DNA of 64,000 nt from positions 5,983 through 69,982 of the forward strand of contig JAZRRE010000002.1 of the NCBI GenBank assembly GCA_045650505.1, given 5' to 3'. Source of the DNA: Clostridia bacterium. Its GTDB lineage: Bacteria > Bacillota > Clostridia > Christensenellales > UBA1242. Below the pieces are notes generated by a model. It had not been told where the DNA came from, did not search any database, and was given only the letters and a program-made list of their open reading frames with translations. A program made the position numbers and the translations under genes. This document shows, piece after piece, positions 19,837-28,542 of this stretch. Numbering within the stretch: the stretch's first letter is position 1; each line of letters begins with the position of its first letter.

Positions 19837-20334
19837 ATGAATTTAATTTGCGCAGAAAATGGTAATGCAGGCTCAATCGTTATTTATGTTGTTTTAATTG
19901 TTGCAATGCTTGCACTTTTAATTATGCCTTATTTCACTCAAAAGAAAAAAAGTCAAGAATTTGCAAAAATGCTTGAAGCAATGAAGGTTGGTGACCTTGT
20001 TAAAACTGCTGGTGGAATTATCGGTAGAATCACAAAAATCACTGATAAAGGTGACATTAAAACAGTTATTTTAGAAACAGGTTCAAAGTCAGAAAAATCA
20101 TACATGGAATTTGATATGGCAATGATTTATTGTGTTTTAAAATCAACAAAAGTTGAAGAAACTGAAGAAGTTGCAGAAACTGTAGAAAACGCTGCTGAAG
20201 AAACTCTTCCAACCGCAGAAGTAACTGAAGAAATTAAATCAGAAGAATCAGCAGAAGAAAAACCAAAAAAGGCTGCTGCTAAAAAGACAACAGCAAAGAA
20301 AACAACAACTGCTAAAAAAACAACAAAGAAATAA
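19837..20334 (+). CDS. yajC: Preprotein translocase subunit YajC with a long charged C-terminal tail
   Basis: ATG 19837 follows AAGGAG. TM helix plus the YajC core KVGDLVKTAGGIIGRI. The extra ~70 aa is Glu-rich and then has AKKTT repeats. Confidence 0.85.
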   Translation: MNLICAENGNAGSIVIYVVLIVAMLALLIMPYFTQKKKSQEFAKMLEAMKVGDLVKTAGGIIGRITKITDKGDIKTVILETGSKSEKSYMEFDMAMIYCVLKSTKVEETEEVAETVENAAEETLPTAEVTEEIKSEESAEEKPKKAAAKKTTAKKTTTAKKTTKK

Positions 20335-20338
20335 GAAA

Positions 20339-20365
20339 AAGGCGACGTTAAGTCGTCTTTTTTAT
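20339..20365 (+). terminator. Intrinsic terminator after yajC
   Basis: ggcgac/gtcgtc hairpin followed by T6. Confidence 0.65.
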
Positions 20366-20422
20366 TGTAAATTTTAGCATAAATAATTGCATAGTTAAAT
20401 ATAATTTAACAGAGGTAAGTTT

Positions 20423-20827
20423 ATGTTAAATGTAGAAACAATAAAAAATACATTTTCAAAAGGTGTGATTTTGGATTTTGTAAAAGGAATAATAATTGCG
20501 ATAGCATTAAGCTTGGGTCTAACAGTTTTATTTGCTTTTATTTTAAAATGGGTGAATATTTCAGATACATTTATTCCAGCAATCACACTTTTAATTAAAG
20601 GTGTAAGCATTTTAGTTGGTTCACTTATTGCAGTTAAAGGCAATGCAAAAGGGCTTATTAAAGGTGCTAGTTTTGGCGAAATTTATATTATTTTTGCATT
20701 TTTGATTTTTTCAGTGCTTTCTGGAGGATTTGAGTTTAGCACAAGTTTTGTTTTAGATTTGATTTTTTCAGGACTTCTTGGTGGAATTGTTGGAATTGTC
20801 AAAGTAAATCGTGCGACAAATGTTTAA
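20423..20827 (+). CDS. Small 4-TM membrane protein (YrzE/TIGR04086-like)
   Basis: 134 aa with four hydrophobic segments. It sits between yajC and secD, as yrzE does in Bacillus. The family assignment is tentative. Confidence 0.45.
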   Translation: MLNVETIKNTFSKGVILDFVKGIIIAIALSLGLTVLFAFILKWVNISDTFIPAITLLIKGVSILVGSLIAVKGNAKGLIKGASFGEIYIIFAFLIFSVLSGGFEFSTSFVLDLIFSGLLGGIVGIVKVNRATNV

Positions 20828-20996
20828 TAATTGAAAAAAATTAATAAAAATTTTCACTAGGGGTTAACTCTAGTGTTTTTTATTATAAATTCAGTTATAA
20901 AATGCACATTTTTGCTAAATATTTTTTATAATAGATTGACCTTTTGTGGTTATTTGGGGTATAATAATCGCGATTATAAAATAAGGAAATTTAGCA

Positions 20997-22364
20997 ATGA
21001 AAAAATTTAAGAAAAGTACAGCTATTGTTTTATCAGTAATTTTAAGTGTTGTTTTAATTGCTGGTGTTTTATTCTCATTTGTTCCAATGAAATTTGGCTC
21101 AAAAAAGTGGGAATCATTTTCAGGCACTATAAGTATGTCATCTGATATCACAGGTGGTTTATATGGTGAATTTAATATCAAAACCGAAAATGCTTCAACA
21201 AAAGATATTGTTAGCTCAATGGAAAACATAAAAACAGTTTTCGAAGAAGATGGCTATAAAAATGTCAATGTTTATGCTATTGGTAATAAGAAAATTAGAG
21301 TAGAAGCAGGTTATTCAAAATCTAGCAGAACATTTGTTGAAGTTTATAACAAAATTTCATCAATTGCTGCTGGTGCATTTTCACTTCGAACAACCTATGA
21401 AGTTGAAGAAACAACAGTTTCTATGAGTGGTGCTGAATGTGTTGATGAAGTTAAAGTTTTCACAAATAATGACACAAAGTACATTTCAGTTGTTTTTAAT
21501 GAAGAAGGTGAAAAACAATTTGAAAATCTTTGTAGCAAAGCTTCAGGTTCAATTTATATTGCACTTGGTGATTATGCTCAACAACTTTCAATTCAATCAG
21601 TTCAATCATATAAAGAATTAACACTTTCTGATGATGATTACACAAATCTTATGGAACTTAAAAATAACATCGTTCTTGGTTGTATGAAAGTTGAAATTGA
21701 CACAGCTTCTGTTAAAATTAACACAATGTCTGCAAGTTTAACAGCAGGTGAATCAGGAAGTACACTTAATGCTGCTGGTTATGCAACAAGCACTGCGCTT
21801 AAATTAATTTTGATTGCAGCAGGAACAGTAGCAGCACTTTTAGTTGCATTCTTTGCTGTTAGATTTGGTTTATATTCAATTTTAATGTTTATTACATTAT
21901 TATTTAACGCATTTTTATTTACAATGATTATGAATATAATTCCATCAGTTGAGCTTGGTTTATCTTCATTTGTTGTAATGATTTTGGGTGTTGCAGTGAT
22001 TTATACATACGCTTATCTTTATGCAAATGCAGTTAAAAAAGAATATAAAGAAGGAAAATCATTCAATGCTTCACTTCAAGCAGCTTTCAAAAAGTCACTT
22101 CCAAGCACTTTGATTTCAAACATCACTATGCTTATTGCTTCAATTCTCTTGCTTGTTCTTTCATTTGGTGAAATTTCAAGTGCTGCAATTGTGTTTGCAA
22201 TTTGTTCATTCTTAAGCTTGTTTACAAACTTGATTTTGATTCCGCTTTTAGTTAAAATTTCTATTTCTTTTGGAAACTTTGGTTTCAAATTGTTTAGACT
22301 CAAAAAGAGATTAGATTTTTCAAGTAGAATTGATGAAGATGCTAGTTTAAAGGAGGCTGAATAA
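20997..22364 (+). CDS. secD: Protein-export membrane protein SecD (divergent)
   Basis: N-terminal TM, ~250-aa extracytoplasmic domain and a C-terminal 5-TM bundle. ...KKEYKEGKSFNASLQAAFKKSLPSTLISNITMLIA aligns to the SecD ERIKEELRAGKS...ANITTLIA region. Confidence 0.75.
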   Translation: MKKFKKSTAIVLSVILSVVLIAGVLFSFVPMKFGSKKWESFSGTISMSSDITGGLYGEFNIKTENASTKDIVSSMENIKTVFEEDGYKNVNVYAIGNKKIRVEAGYSKSSRTFVEVYNKISSIAAGAFSLRTTYEVEETTVSMSGAECVDEVKVFTNNDTKYISVVFNEEGEKQFENLCSKASGSIYIALGDYAQQLSIQSVQSYKELTLSDDDYTNLMELKNNIVLGCMKVEIDTASVKINTMSASLTAGESGSTLNAAGYATSTALKLILIAAGTVAALLVAFFAVRFGLYSILMFITLLFNAFLFTMIMNIIPSVELGLSSFVVMILGVAVIYTYAYLYANAVKKEYKEGKSFNASLQAAFKKSLPSTLISNITMLIASILLLVLSFGEISSAAIVFAICSFLSLFTNLILIPLLVKISISFGNFGFKLFRLKKRLDFSSRIDEDASLKEAE

Positions 22365-22365
22365 T

Positions 22366-23535
22366 ATGAAACAAACAAAAAAATATCCACTTTTAGTTAG
22401 TATGATTATTTCTTTTGCTATCATTATTGCTTCACTTTTTGTTCTTGGTTTTGCCGGAATGAATATGGGAACAAACCTTGGTGGTGGAAGTCAATTTGAA
22501 GTTAATATTCCAAATGGAACAGATACAAAAGAATTTGTTGCAGATATTAAAACTGTTTTAAAAGATAATGGTTATACATTTGATTCTTCAACTATTGAAG
22601 ATAAATATGTTGCTATTGATAATGATGGAAATTTCACAAAACAAGTTGTTGTTGTTAAAATTTCTCAAAATAATTTAACTGATGCTCAAAAAGCAGAACT
22701 TGCGAAAAACGTTGCAACAGCACTCGGTGTTAATGAATCTTATGTTTCTTTAGCTGAAAACATTGTTGCTCAAACAACAGGTAAAAATGTTTTATCTCTT
22801 GGCATCGCAATTGGAATTGTTGCATTTGCACTCTTTGTGTTTGCTTGGGTTCGTTATGATGTGTTTGCTGGTTTGTCGTTTATTATCGCATTCCTTCACA
22901 ACATTATCTTATATTTATCACTCACCATTGTAACAAGACTTGAACTTACAATATTTGCTCTCACAATGGTATTTATTTTCACACTTGTAATGAGTATTGT
23001 TCTCGTTCATATTTATGAAGAATATAGAAAAGAAGCAAGACTTCACATTTCAGACAAACTTACAGTTTCTGAAAGAATGATGAATGCTGAAAAGAAAACA
23101 ATTAAACCATTTGCATTTATTTCTATTGCATCTGTTGTTGCTGCAGTATTTATGTTGTTTGTTCCACTTGCAGCAGTTAAATTTATGGCTCTTGCAATTT
23201 TACTTGCTCTTGTTGTAACAGCTTACACATCACTTCTTGTTGGACCTGCTTCTTACGTTGCACTTTTAGATATTCGTGAAACTAGAAGAAATGCAGTTTT
23301 AAGTAGAAATGATACAGTTAACAAAGTTATCAAAAAGAAAATTAAAGATAGCAAAAAGACAAAAGTTGAAGAAGAAAAAGCAGAAGTGGTTGAAGAAAAA
23401 CCTGTAGAGCAAAAAGCAGAAAAGGTTGAAGAAAAGAAAGTAAAAGAAGAAACAGAGGAAAAGAAAACTGTTAGAAAAACTACAACTTCAACAAATAAAT
23501 ATGCTACAAGAAAAAACACTAAAAAGAAAAAATAG
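22366..23535 (+). CDS. secF: Protein-export membrane protein SecF (divergent, Lys/Glu-rich tail)
   Basis: GMNMGTNLGGGSQFEV matches the SecF N-terminal motif. 6-TM topology, directly after secD. Confidence 0.75.
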   Translation: MKQTKKYPLLVSMIISFAIIIASLFVLGFAGMNMGTNLGGGSQFEVNIPNGTDTKEFVADIKTVLKDNGYTFDSSTIEDKYVAIDNDGNFTKQVVVVKISQNNLTDAQKAELAKNVATALGVNESYVSLAENIVAQTTGKNVLSLGIAIGIVAFALFVFAWVRYDVFAGLSFIIAFLHNIILYLSLTIVTRLELTIFALTMVFIFTLVMSIVLVHIYEEYRKEARLHISDKLTVSERMMNAEKKTIKPFAFISIASVVAAVFMLFVPLAAVKFMALAILLALVVTAYTSLLVGPASYVALLDIRETRRNAVLSRNDTVNKVIKKKIKDSKKTKVEEEKAEVVEEKPVEQKAEKVEEKKVKEETEEKKTVRKTTTSTNKYATRKNTKKKK

Positions 23536-23549
23536 TTAAAAAAGCAAAA

Positions 23550-23577
23550 AATGAGTGAAAATTTCACTCATTTTTTT
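23550..23577 (+). terminator. Intrinsic terminator after secF
   Basis: aatgagtgaaa/tttcactcatt hairpin followed by a T-run. Confidence 0.75.
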
Positions 23578-23664
23578 GTGTTTATTATTTTCTGTTTCAA
23601 AGAATAATTGATTTTTGAAATTTCTTGTGTTAAACTTTTCTTAAATTAGAATGGACGATTATTT

Positions 23665-25947
23665 ATGAAATTAGAAGATAAGAGAATAATTGAATACGTA
23701 AAAAGAAAACATAATGGTGAAAATTTCGATTTAGAGAAATTTTTAAATCCATCAGAATCAGACCTTCGTGATGCAAATAAACTAAAAAATATCAAAGATG
23801 CTGTTCAAAAAATTAAAACAGCAATAGCAGAAAATAAAAAAATTTTAGTTTATGGCGATTATGATTCAGATGGAATTTGTTCAACCACAATTTTATATTT
23901 ATATTTTAAAAGTGTTGGTGCTAATGTTGATGTTTTTATTCCAAATCGATTTGAAAATGGTTATGGAATCAGTGTTGAAGCAATTGAAGAAATTCAAGAG
24001 TTTTTTTCTCCAGACCTCATAGTTACAGTTGACCTTGGAATCACAGCTGTTGAAGAAGTTGAGATTTTAAAGCAAGAGGGCATTGACATTGTTATCACTG
24101 ACCATCACATTCCACTAGCAGAGATTCCTGAATGTGTTGTTGTTGACCCAAAACTCGAAAGTGATTATGGTTTTGACTCTCTTTGTGGTGCAGGTGTTGC
24201 TATGAAACTTGTTGAGGCAATGGCAGGAAGAGAAGAAGCTAACAAATATTTAGATTTAGCTGCTATCGCAACTGTTGGTGACATTGTTCCGCTTATTGAT
24301 GAAAATAGGGCAATTGCGAAACTTGGTATTGATAAAATAAACAAAGGTGAATGTTTAAAATCAATTTCATTTATGCTAAAAAAATTAGAATTTGAAAAAA
24401 TCAATTCAACTGATATAAGTTTTAAAATTGTCCCAAGACTTAACGCTTGTGGCAGAATGGACAGTGCAATAAAAGTTTTCGAGTTTTTTATAGAAACAAA
24501 TGAAAAATTTTTAGAAGAAAAATATGCGGAAATTGAAAGTGATAACAATTTAAGACTTGCATCTATTGACAAAGGAAATAAAATTATCACCAAGTGTTTT
24601 GAAAAGCTTGACCGAATCGAACCATCAGTTCTTGTTAAAGGTGATTTTCACGAAGGTATTGTGGGTATTTTAGCATCAAGAGTTTGCCACGAATTTAACA
24701 AACCATCAATTATTTTTACAAAAACAGAAGATGGAACACTTAAAGGAAGTGGCAGAAGTATTGATTCTATTGATTTACATAGCATAATTTCGACAATGTC
24801 AGATATGCTTGTGAATTTCGGCGGGCATAAAATGGCTGTTGGTGTTGAAATTGAAGAAGATTCATTTGATGAATTTAAGAGGGTTTTAAATGAAAAAATT
24901 GCAGAGGTTTCAACAGATGAAGATTTTTTAATTAAAAATGCAAAGTATGATATTGAAATTACTGAAAACGATTTAAATGAAGAATTTTTCAAGCAACTTT
25001 TACATCTTGAGCCTTTTGGTTGTGAGAATGACAAGCCAATACTTGCTTTAAAACAAAATGCGGTTATTGTTGAACAAATGAGTGAAAAAGTGTTTAAACA
25101 TTACAGGTGTTTCACAAAAAACAACACTCCACTTGTTAGTTTCAGTTTTTACAAATATGCAGAACTTGCAAAAACAAATAGTGAAAAATTGTTTATTGTA
25201 GATATGGCTGAAAACACATTTAAAGGTAAGTCAAAATTATCAATTCTAGAGCGTTCAGTTGAAGTGTTAACTCCTGATTTTAAAGGTTTTGAAGAAGTGG
25301 ATTGTTTAAGTTCACTTTATAATCTTTATTATTCAGTTATGGATTTTAATAATGAAGAGAACTATCACGAAAAAGAAAATTTAGAAAAAATCATACAAGA
25401 AAAGTTTGCAGAGAGCAACTATGGAACAATGGTTGTTGCTTCAACTGAAACTGATTTAGAAATTATAAATAGACTTGGTTTGCAGAATTATTTAAGTGCA
25501 GTACCTTATAAAAATGGCCAAAATGTGGTGGTGGCAAACCCTAAACAAATTTATGAAATTGAAGATGTTATTGGTTATAAAAATATAATCTTTTTGCATA
25601 AAAATTTCAATGAAGAGCATTTGTATTTTTCGCAAATTGCAAGTGTTTTTGAACCTAAAAACATTGTGGTTTCTAATTTTAAAATATTAAAAGATAGAGC
25701 AGTTTTTGCAAAGTGTTATAACTTGATTTCAAATTTTGCTAGTGTTAAAGCAAATGATGAAATTGACTTTGCACAAAAACTTTCATTAAAAAGTGCGGAA
25801 ATTTCAGCTTCACAAATATTGTTCTGTATGTTGGTTTTTATGGAACTTAATTTTATTGAGTTTGATAAAACATTAAATCAAATGACAATTTTAAAAGCTA
25901 AAAAAATGGAGCTTTCATCTTCAAAATATTATAATACGGTGGAATAG
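23665..25947 (+). CDS. recJ: Single-stranded-DNA-specific exonuclease RecJ
   Basis: DHH motifs VYGDYDSDGICS, ITDHH, GGHKMAVG; 760 aa. Confidence 0.9.
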   Translation: MKLEDKRIIEYVKRKHNGENFDLEKFLNPSESDLRDANKLKNIKDAVQKIKTAIAENKKILVYGDYDSDGICSTTILYLYFKSVGANVDVFIPNRFENGYGISVEAIEEIQEFFSPDLIVTVDLGITAVEEVEILKQEGIDIVITDHHIPLAEIPECVVVDPKLESDYGFDSLCGAGVAMKLVEAMAGREEANKYLDLAAIATVGDIVPLIDENRAIAKLGIDKINKGECLKSISFMLKKLEFEKINSTDISFKIVPRLNACGRMDSAIKVFEFFIETNEKFLEEKYAEIESDNNLRLASIDKGNKIITKCFEKLDRIEPSVLVKGDFHEGIVGILASRVCHEFNKPSIIFTKTEDGTLKGSGRSIDSIDLHSIISTMSDMLVNFGGHKMAVGVEIEEDSFDEFKRVLNEKIAEVSTDEDFLIKNAKYDIEITENDLNEEFFKQLLHLEPFGCENDKPILALKQNAVIVEQMSEKVFKHYRCFTKNNTPLVSFSFYKYAELAKTNSEKLFIVDMAENTFKGKSKLSILERSVEVLTPDFKGFEEVDCLSSLYNLYYSVMDFNNEENYHEKENLEKIIQEKFAESNYGTMVVASTETDLEIINRLGLQNYLSAVPYKNGQNVVVANPKQIYEIEDVIGYKNIIFLHKNFNEEHLYFSQIASVFEPKNIVVSNFKILKDRAVFAKCYNLISNFASVKANDEIDFAQKLSLKSAEISASQILFCMLVFMELNFIEFDKTLNQMTILKAKKMELSSSKYYNTVE

Positions 25948-25953
25948 TGTGTT

Positions 25954-28056
25954 ATGGTTGAATTAGATAATGAATTTATTGAGAAAGTAAAAGCAAATTA
26001 TCCAAAGACAGCTGAAAAAATTATTGAGGCTTATAAATTTGCAGTTGTTGCACATGGAGATATTAAAAGAAAAAGTGGTGAACCTTATATTATTCACCCT
26101 GTTTCAGTTGCAAAAATTTTGATTGAAAATGATATGGATTACTCAACCATTATGGCGGGGCTTCTTCATGATGTTGTTGAAGATACAGTTTTTACAACAC
26201 TTGACATCAAGAAAAAGTTTGGCGCTGTGGTTGCAAAACTTGTTGATGGTGTGACCAAAATCAACAGTCTTGATTATTCAGATATGGCTCAAAATGAAGC
26301 TGATAGTATGAGACGTCTTATCATTGCTATGGGTAATGATTTAAGAGTTATATTTATAAAACTTGCAGACCGTCTTCACAATATGAGAACAATTGAATTT
26401 TTAAAGCCTGAAAGACAAATAAAAATGGCAACTGAAACCAAAGAAATTTTTATTCCTATTGCTGAAATCATCGGACTTCGTAAAATTCGTTCAGAGCTTC
26501 AAAATTTGGTTTTAAAGTGTTTAGAACCTGAAACTTATAATCGAATAAAGCTTGACTTTGATGTTAAATATGCAAAGAAAGAAAAGGGCATTAAAAATGT
26601 TCAACAAACACTTTTAAAAACAATAAAAGATGCTGGAATAAACTCACAAATCACAGCATGGCCAGAGCATTATTATTCAATTTATAAAAAATTAAATTCA
26701 TCTGGAATTGGTAAGATTTATGGTTTGTTTTTAATTAAAATTATCGTTCCAACTGAAATGGATTGTTATAAGACACTTGGTGCAATTCATAAAGCATTCA
26801 GTCCACTTCCAAATCAAATGCAAGACTATATTGCAAGTCCAAAACCAAATGGTTATAAATCACTTCAGTCAATGCTTGTTTCAAACGAAAATAATATTAC
26901 GTTTAAAGTAATGATAAGAACACCTCAAATGGATAGGGTTTGTGAATACGGAATTGCTTCACATTGGACTGATAAAGATAACGATATAAAGTTTGATAAG
27001 AGTTTTGAAAGTTATAACAAACTTAAAGAAATTGTTATGAATGAAAATTCTGAATTTCATAACAGTACAAGTTTTATTAACGCTATTAAAAATGACCTTA
27101 AAGTTACATCAACTTGGGTGTTTACACCAAAATTTAAACCAATTTGTTTAAATATTGCAAAGCCAACAGTCATTGATTTTGCTTATGCACTTCACACAAG
27201 TATTGGTCATAATGCCGAAAGTGCGATTGTTAATGGGAAAAAAGTTCCTCTAAAAACTGAACTTGTGTCTGGTGATGTTATTAATGTTATTGTTTCAGAA
27301 ACTGATAAAGCTCCATCTAGAGAATGGCTTAAAATTGCAAAAACCTCACTTGCCAAAAAGCGTATTCGTGAATATATCAATAAACATATGGTGTCAAAAT
27401 TTGTTAAAAAGGGAAAAGATATTTTAACAAAAGAAATAAATGAAATAGGTCACGAGCTTGGTGATTTAGTTAATAAATTTGAAGATATTCAAAAAGAATT
27501 TAACTTCTTGAATTTAGAGGATATGTTTGCAAGTGTTGGTTATAATAGTATAACCAGCAGTCAGCTTTTAAATTATGTTTTAGAAGAAGATGCAGTTAAA
27601 GATTGTTTAAAGAAATCTCCAGTTGTTATTGAAGGTTCAAATAGATTTTCAAGTGTTATTTTTCCAAGATGTTGCTCGGCTATTCCAGGTGATGAAATTG
27701 TTGCTATACTTTCAAATAACAAAGTTTCAATACACACATCAAATTGCAAACACCTTGCTGAAATTCAAAATGCAAATGTTTTAAAAGCAGATTGGAGAAA
27801 TGGAATAAGGCAAAGTTTCAGTGTTGTGCTTAAAGTTATTGCAAAAGACAAGATTGGTTTGGCATCTGAACTTTTTGGACAGATTTCAAGTTTAAACTTT
27901 AACATAACAAAAATAATAGCCACTCTAACAAATGAAAAAGAATGTGAATTTGAAATTAATGTTTCACTAAAAAATCGTCAAGAATTAGAAATTTTAGTTG
28001 GCAAAATAAAAGAAATTAAGGGTGTTCGAGCAGTTCTTCGTGCTTTTGAACAATAA
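25954..28056 (+). CDS. relA: Bifunctional (p)ppGpp synthetase/hydrolase RelA/SpoT (Rel)
   Basis: HD hydrolase domain (HPVSVAKIL...HDVVEDT), synthetase motif DYIASPKPNGYKSLQ, and TGS and ACT-like C-terminal domains. Confidence 0.92.
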   Translation: MVELDNEFIEKVKANYPKTAEKIIEAYKFAVVAHGDIKRKSGEPYIIHPVSVAKILIENDMDYSTIMAGLLHDVVEDTVFTTLDIKKKFGAVVAKLVDGVTKINSLDYSDMAQNEADSMRRLIIAMGNDLRVIFIKLADRLHNMRTIEFLKPERQIKMATETKEIFIPIAEIIGLRKIRSELQNLVLKCLEPETYNRIKLDFDVKYAKKEKGIKNVQQTLLKTIKDAGINSQITAWPEHYYSIYKKLNSSGIGKIYGLFLIKIIVPTEMDCYKTLGAIHKAFSPLPNQMQDYIASPKPNGYKSLQSMLVSNENNITFKVMIRTPQMDRVCEYGIASHWTDKDNDIKFDKSFESYNKLKEIVMNENSEFHNSTSFINAIKNDLKVTSTWVFTPKFKPICLNIAKPTVIDFAYALHTSIGHNAESAIVNGKKVPLKTELVSGDVINVIVSETDKAPSREWLKIAKTSLAKKRIREYINKHMVSKFVKKGKDILTKEINEIGHELGDLVNKFEDIQKEFNFLNLEDMFASVGYNSITSSQLLNYVLEEDAVKDCLKKSPVVIEGSNRFSSVIFPRCCSAIPGDEIVAILSNNKVSIHTSNCKHLAEIQNANVLKADWRNGIRQSFSVVLKVIAKDKIGLASELFGQISSLNFNITKIIATLTNEKECEFEINVSLKNRQELEILVGKIKEIKGVRAVLRAFEQ

Positions 28057-28217
28057 TTTGGCAAAAATATAGTTATTTTATAACAAAATTTAATAAAACA
28101 CTTTACTTTTTGCGTGTAATATTATATACTATTGCCGTTACCGTTTGAGAGAGCTGAATTTTATTTTTCCGGTTCAGATGGCTCAAAAACAGGTGAATTT
28201 TATATGGAGGAAAAAGA

Positions 28218-28481
28218 ATGGATAAAGTTAGAAAGCAAGAGATTATCAAAGAATTTGCTAAATCAGAGAACGACACTGGTTCTCCATACGTGCAAATTGC
28301 TATCCTTACTGAAAGAATCAACAACTTAACTCAATATCTTAAATCTAACAAACAAGACAACCACTCACGTCGTGGTCTTATGCAACTTGTTGGTAGAAGA
28401 AGAGGTCTTCTTGAGTATTTGAAGAAAACTGACCTTGAAGGATACAGAACTTTGATTGAAAAATTGAACATTAGAAAATAA
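28218..28481 (+). CDS. rpsO: 30S ribosomal protein S15
   Basis: 87 aa with ...[38 protein letters not shown]. Confidence 0.95.
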   Translation: MDKVRKQEIIKEFAKSENDTGSPYVQIAILTERINNLTQYLKSNKQDNHSRRGLMQLVGRRRGLLEYLKKTDLEGYRTLIEKLNIRK

Positions 28482-28491
28482 TTAAAAAAAA

Positions 28492-28522
28492 GGGAGTGGA
28501 ATTTTTTTCCATTCCCATTTTT
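28492..28522 (+). terminator. rpsO terminator / pnp leader hairpin
   Basis: gggagtgga/tccattccc hairpin plus a T-run, between rpsO and pnp. This is the classical position for rpsO termination and pnp leader processing. Confidence 0.65.
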
Positions 28523-28542
28523 ATACAATTTAAGGAGAAATT

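Noticed and set aside
28132-28329. 65-aa ORF overlapping the rpsO leader and start
   Set aside because: It is out of frame with the well-supported rpsO and has no RBS. The region is better read as the structured rpsO 5' leader. A possible S15 autoregulatory fold exists there but could not be verified by eye.
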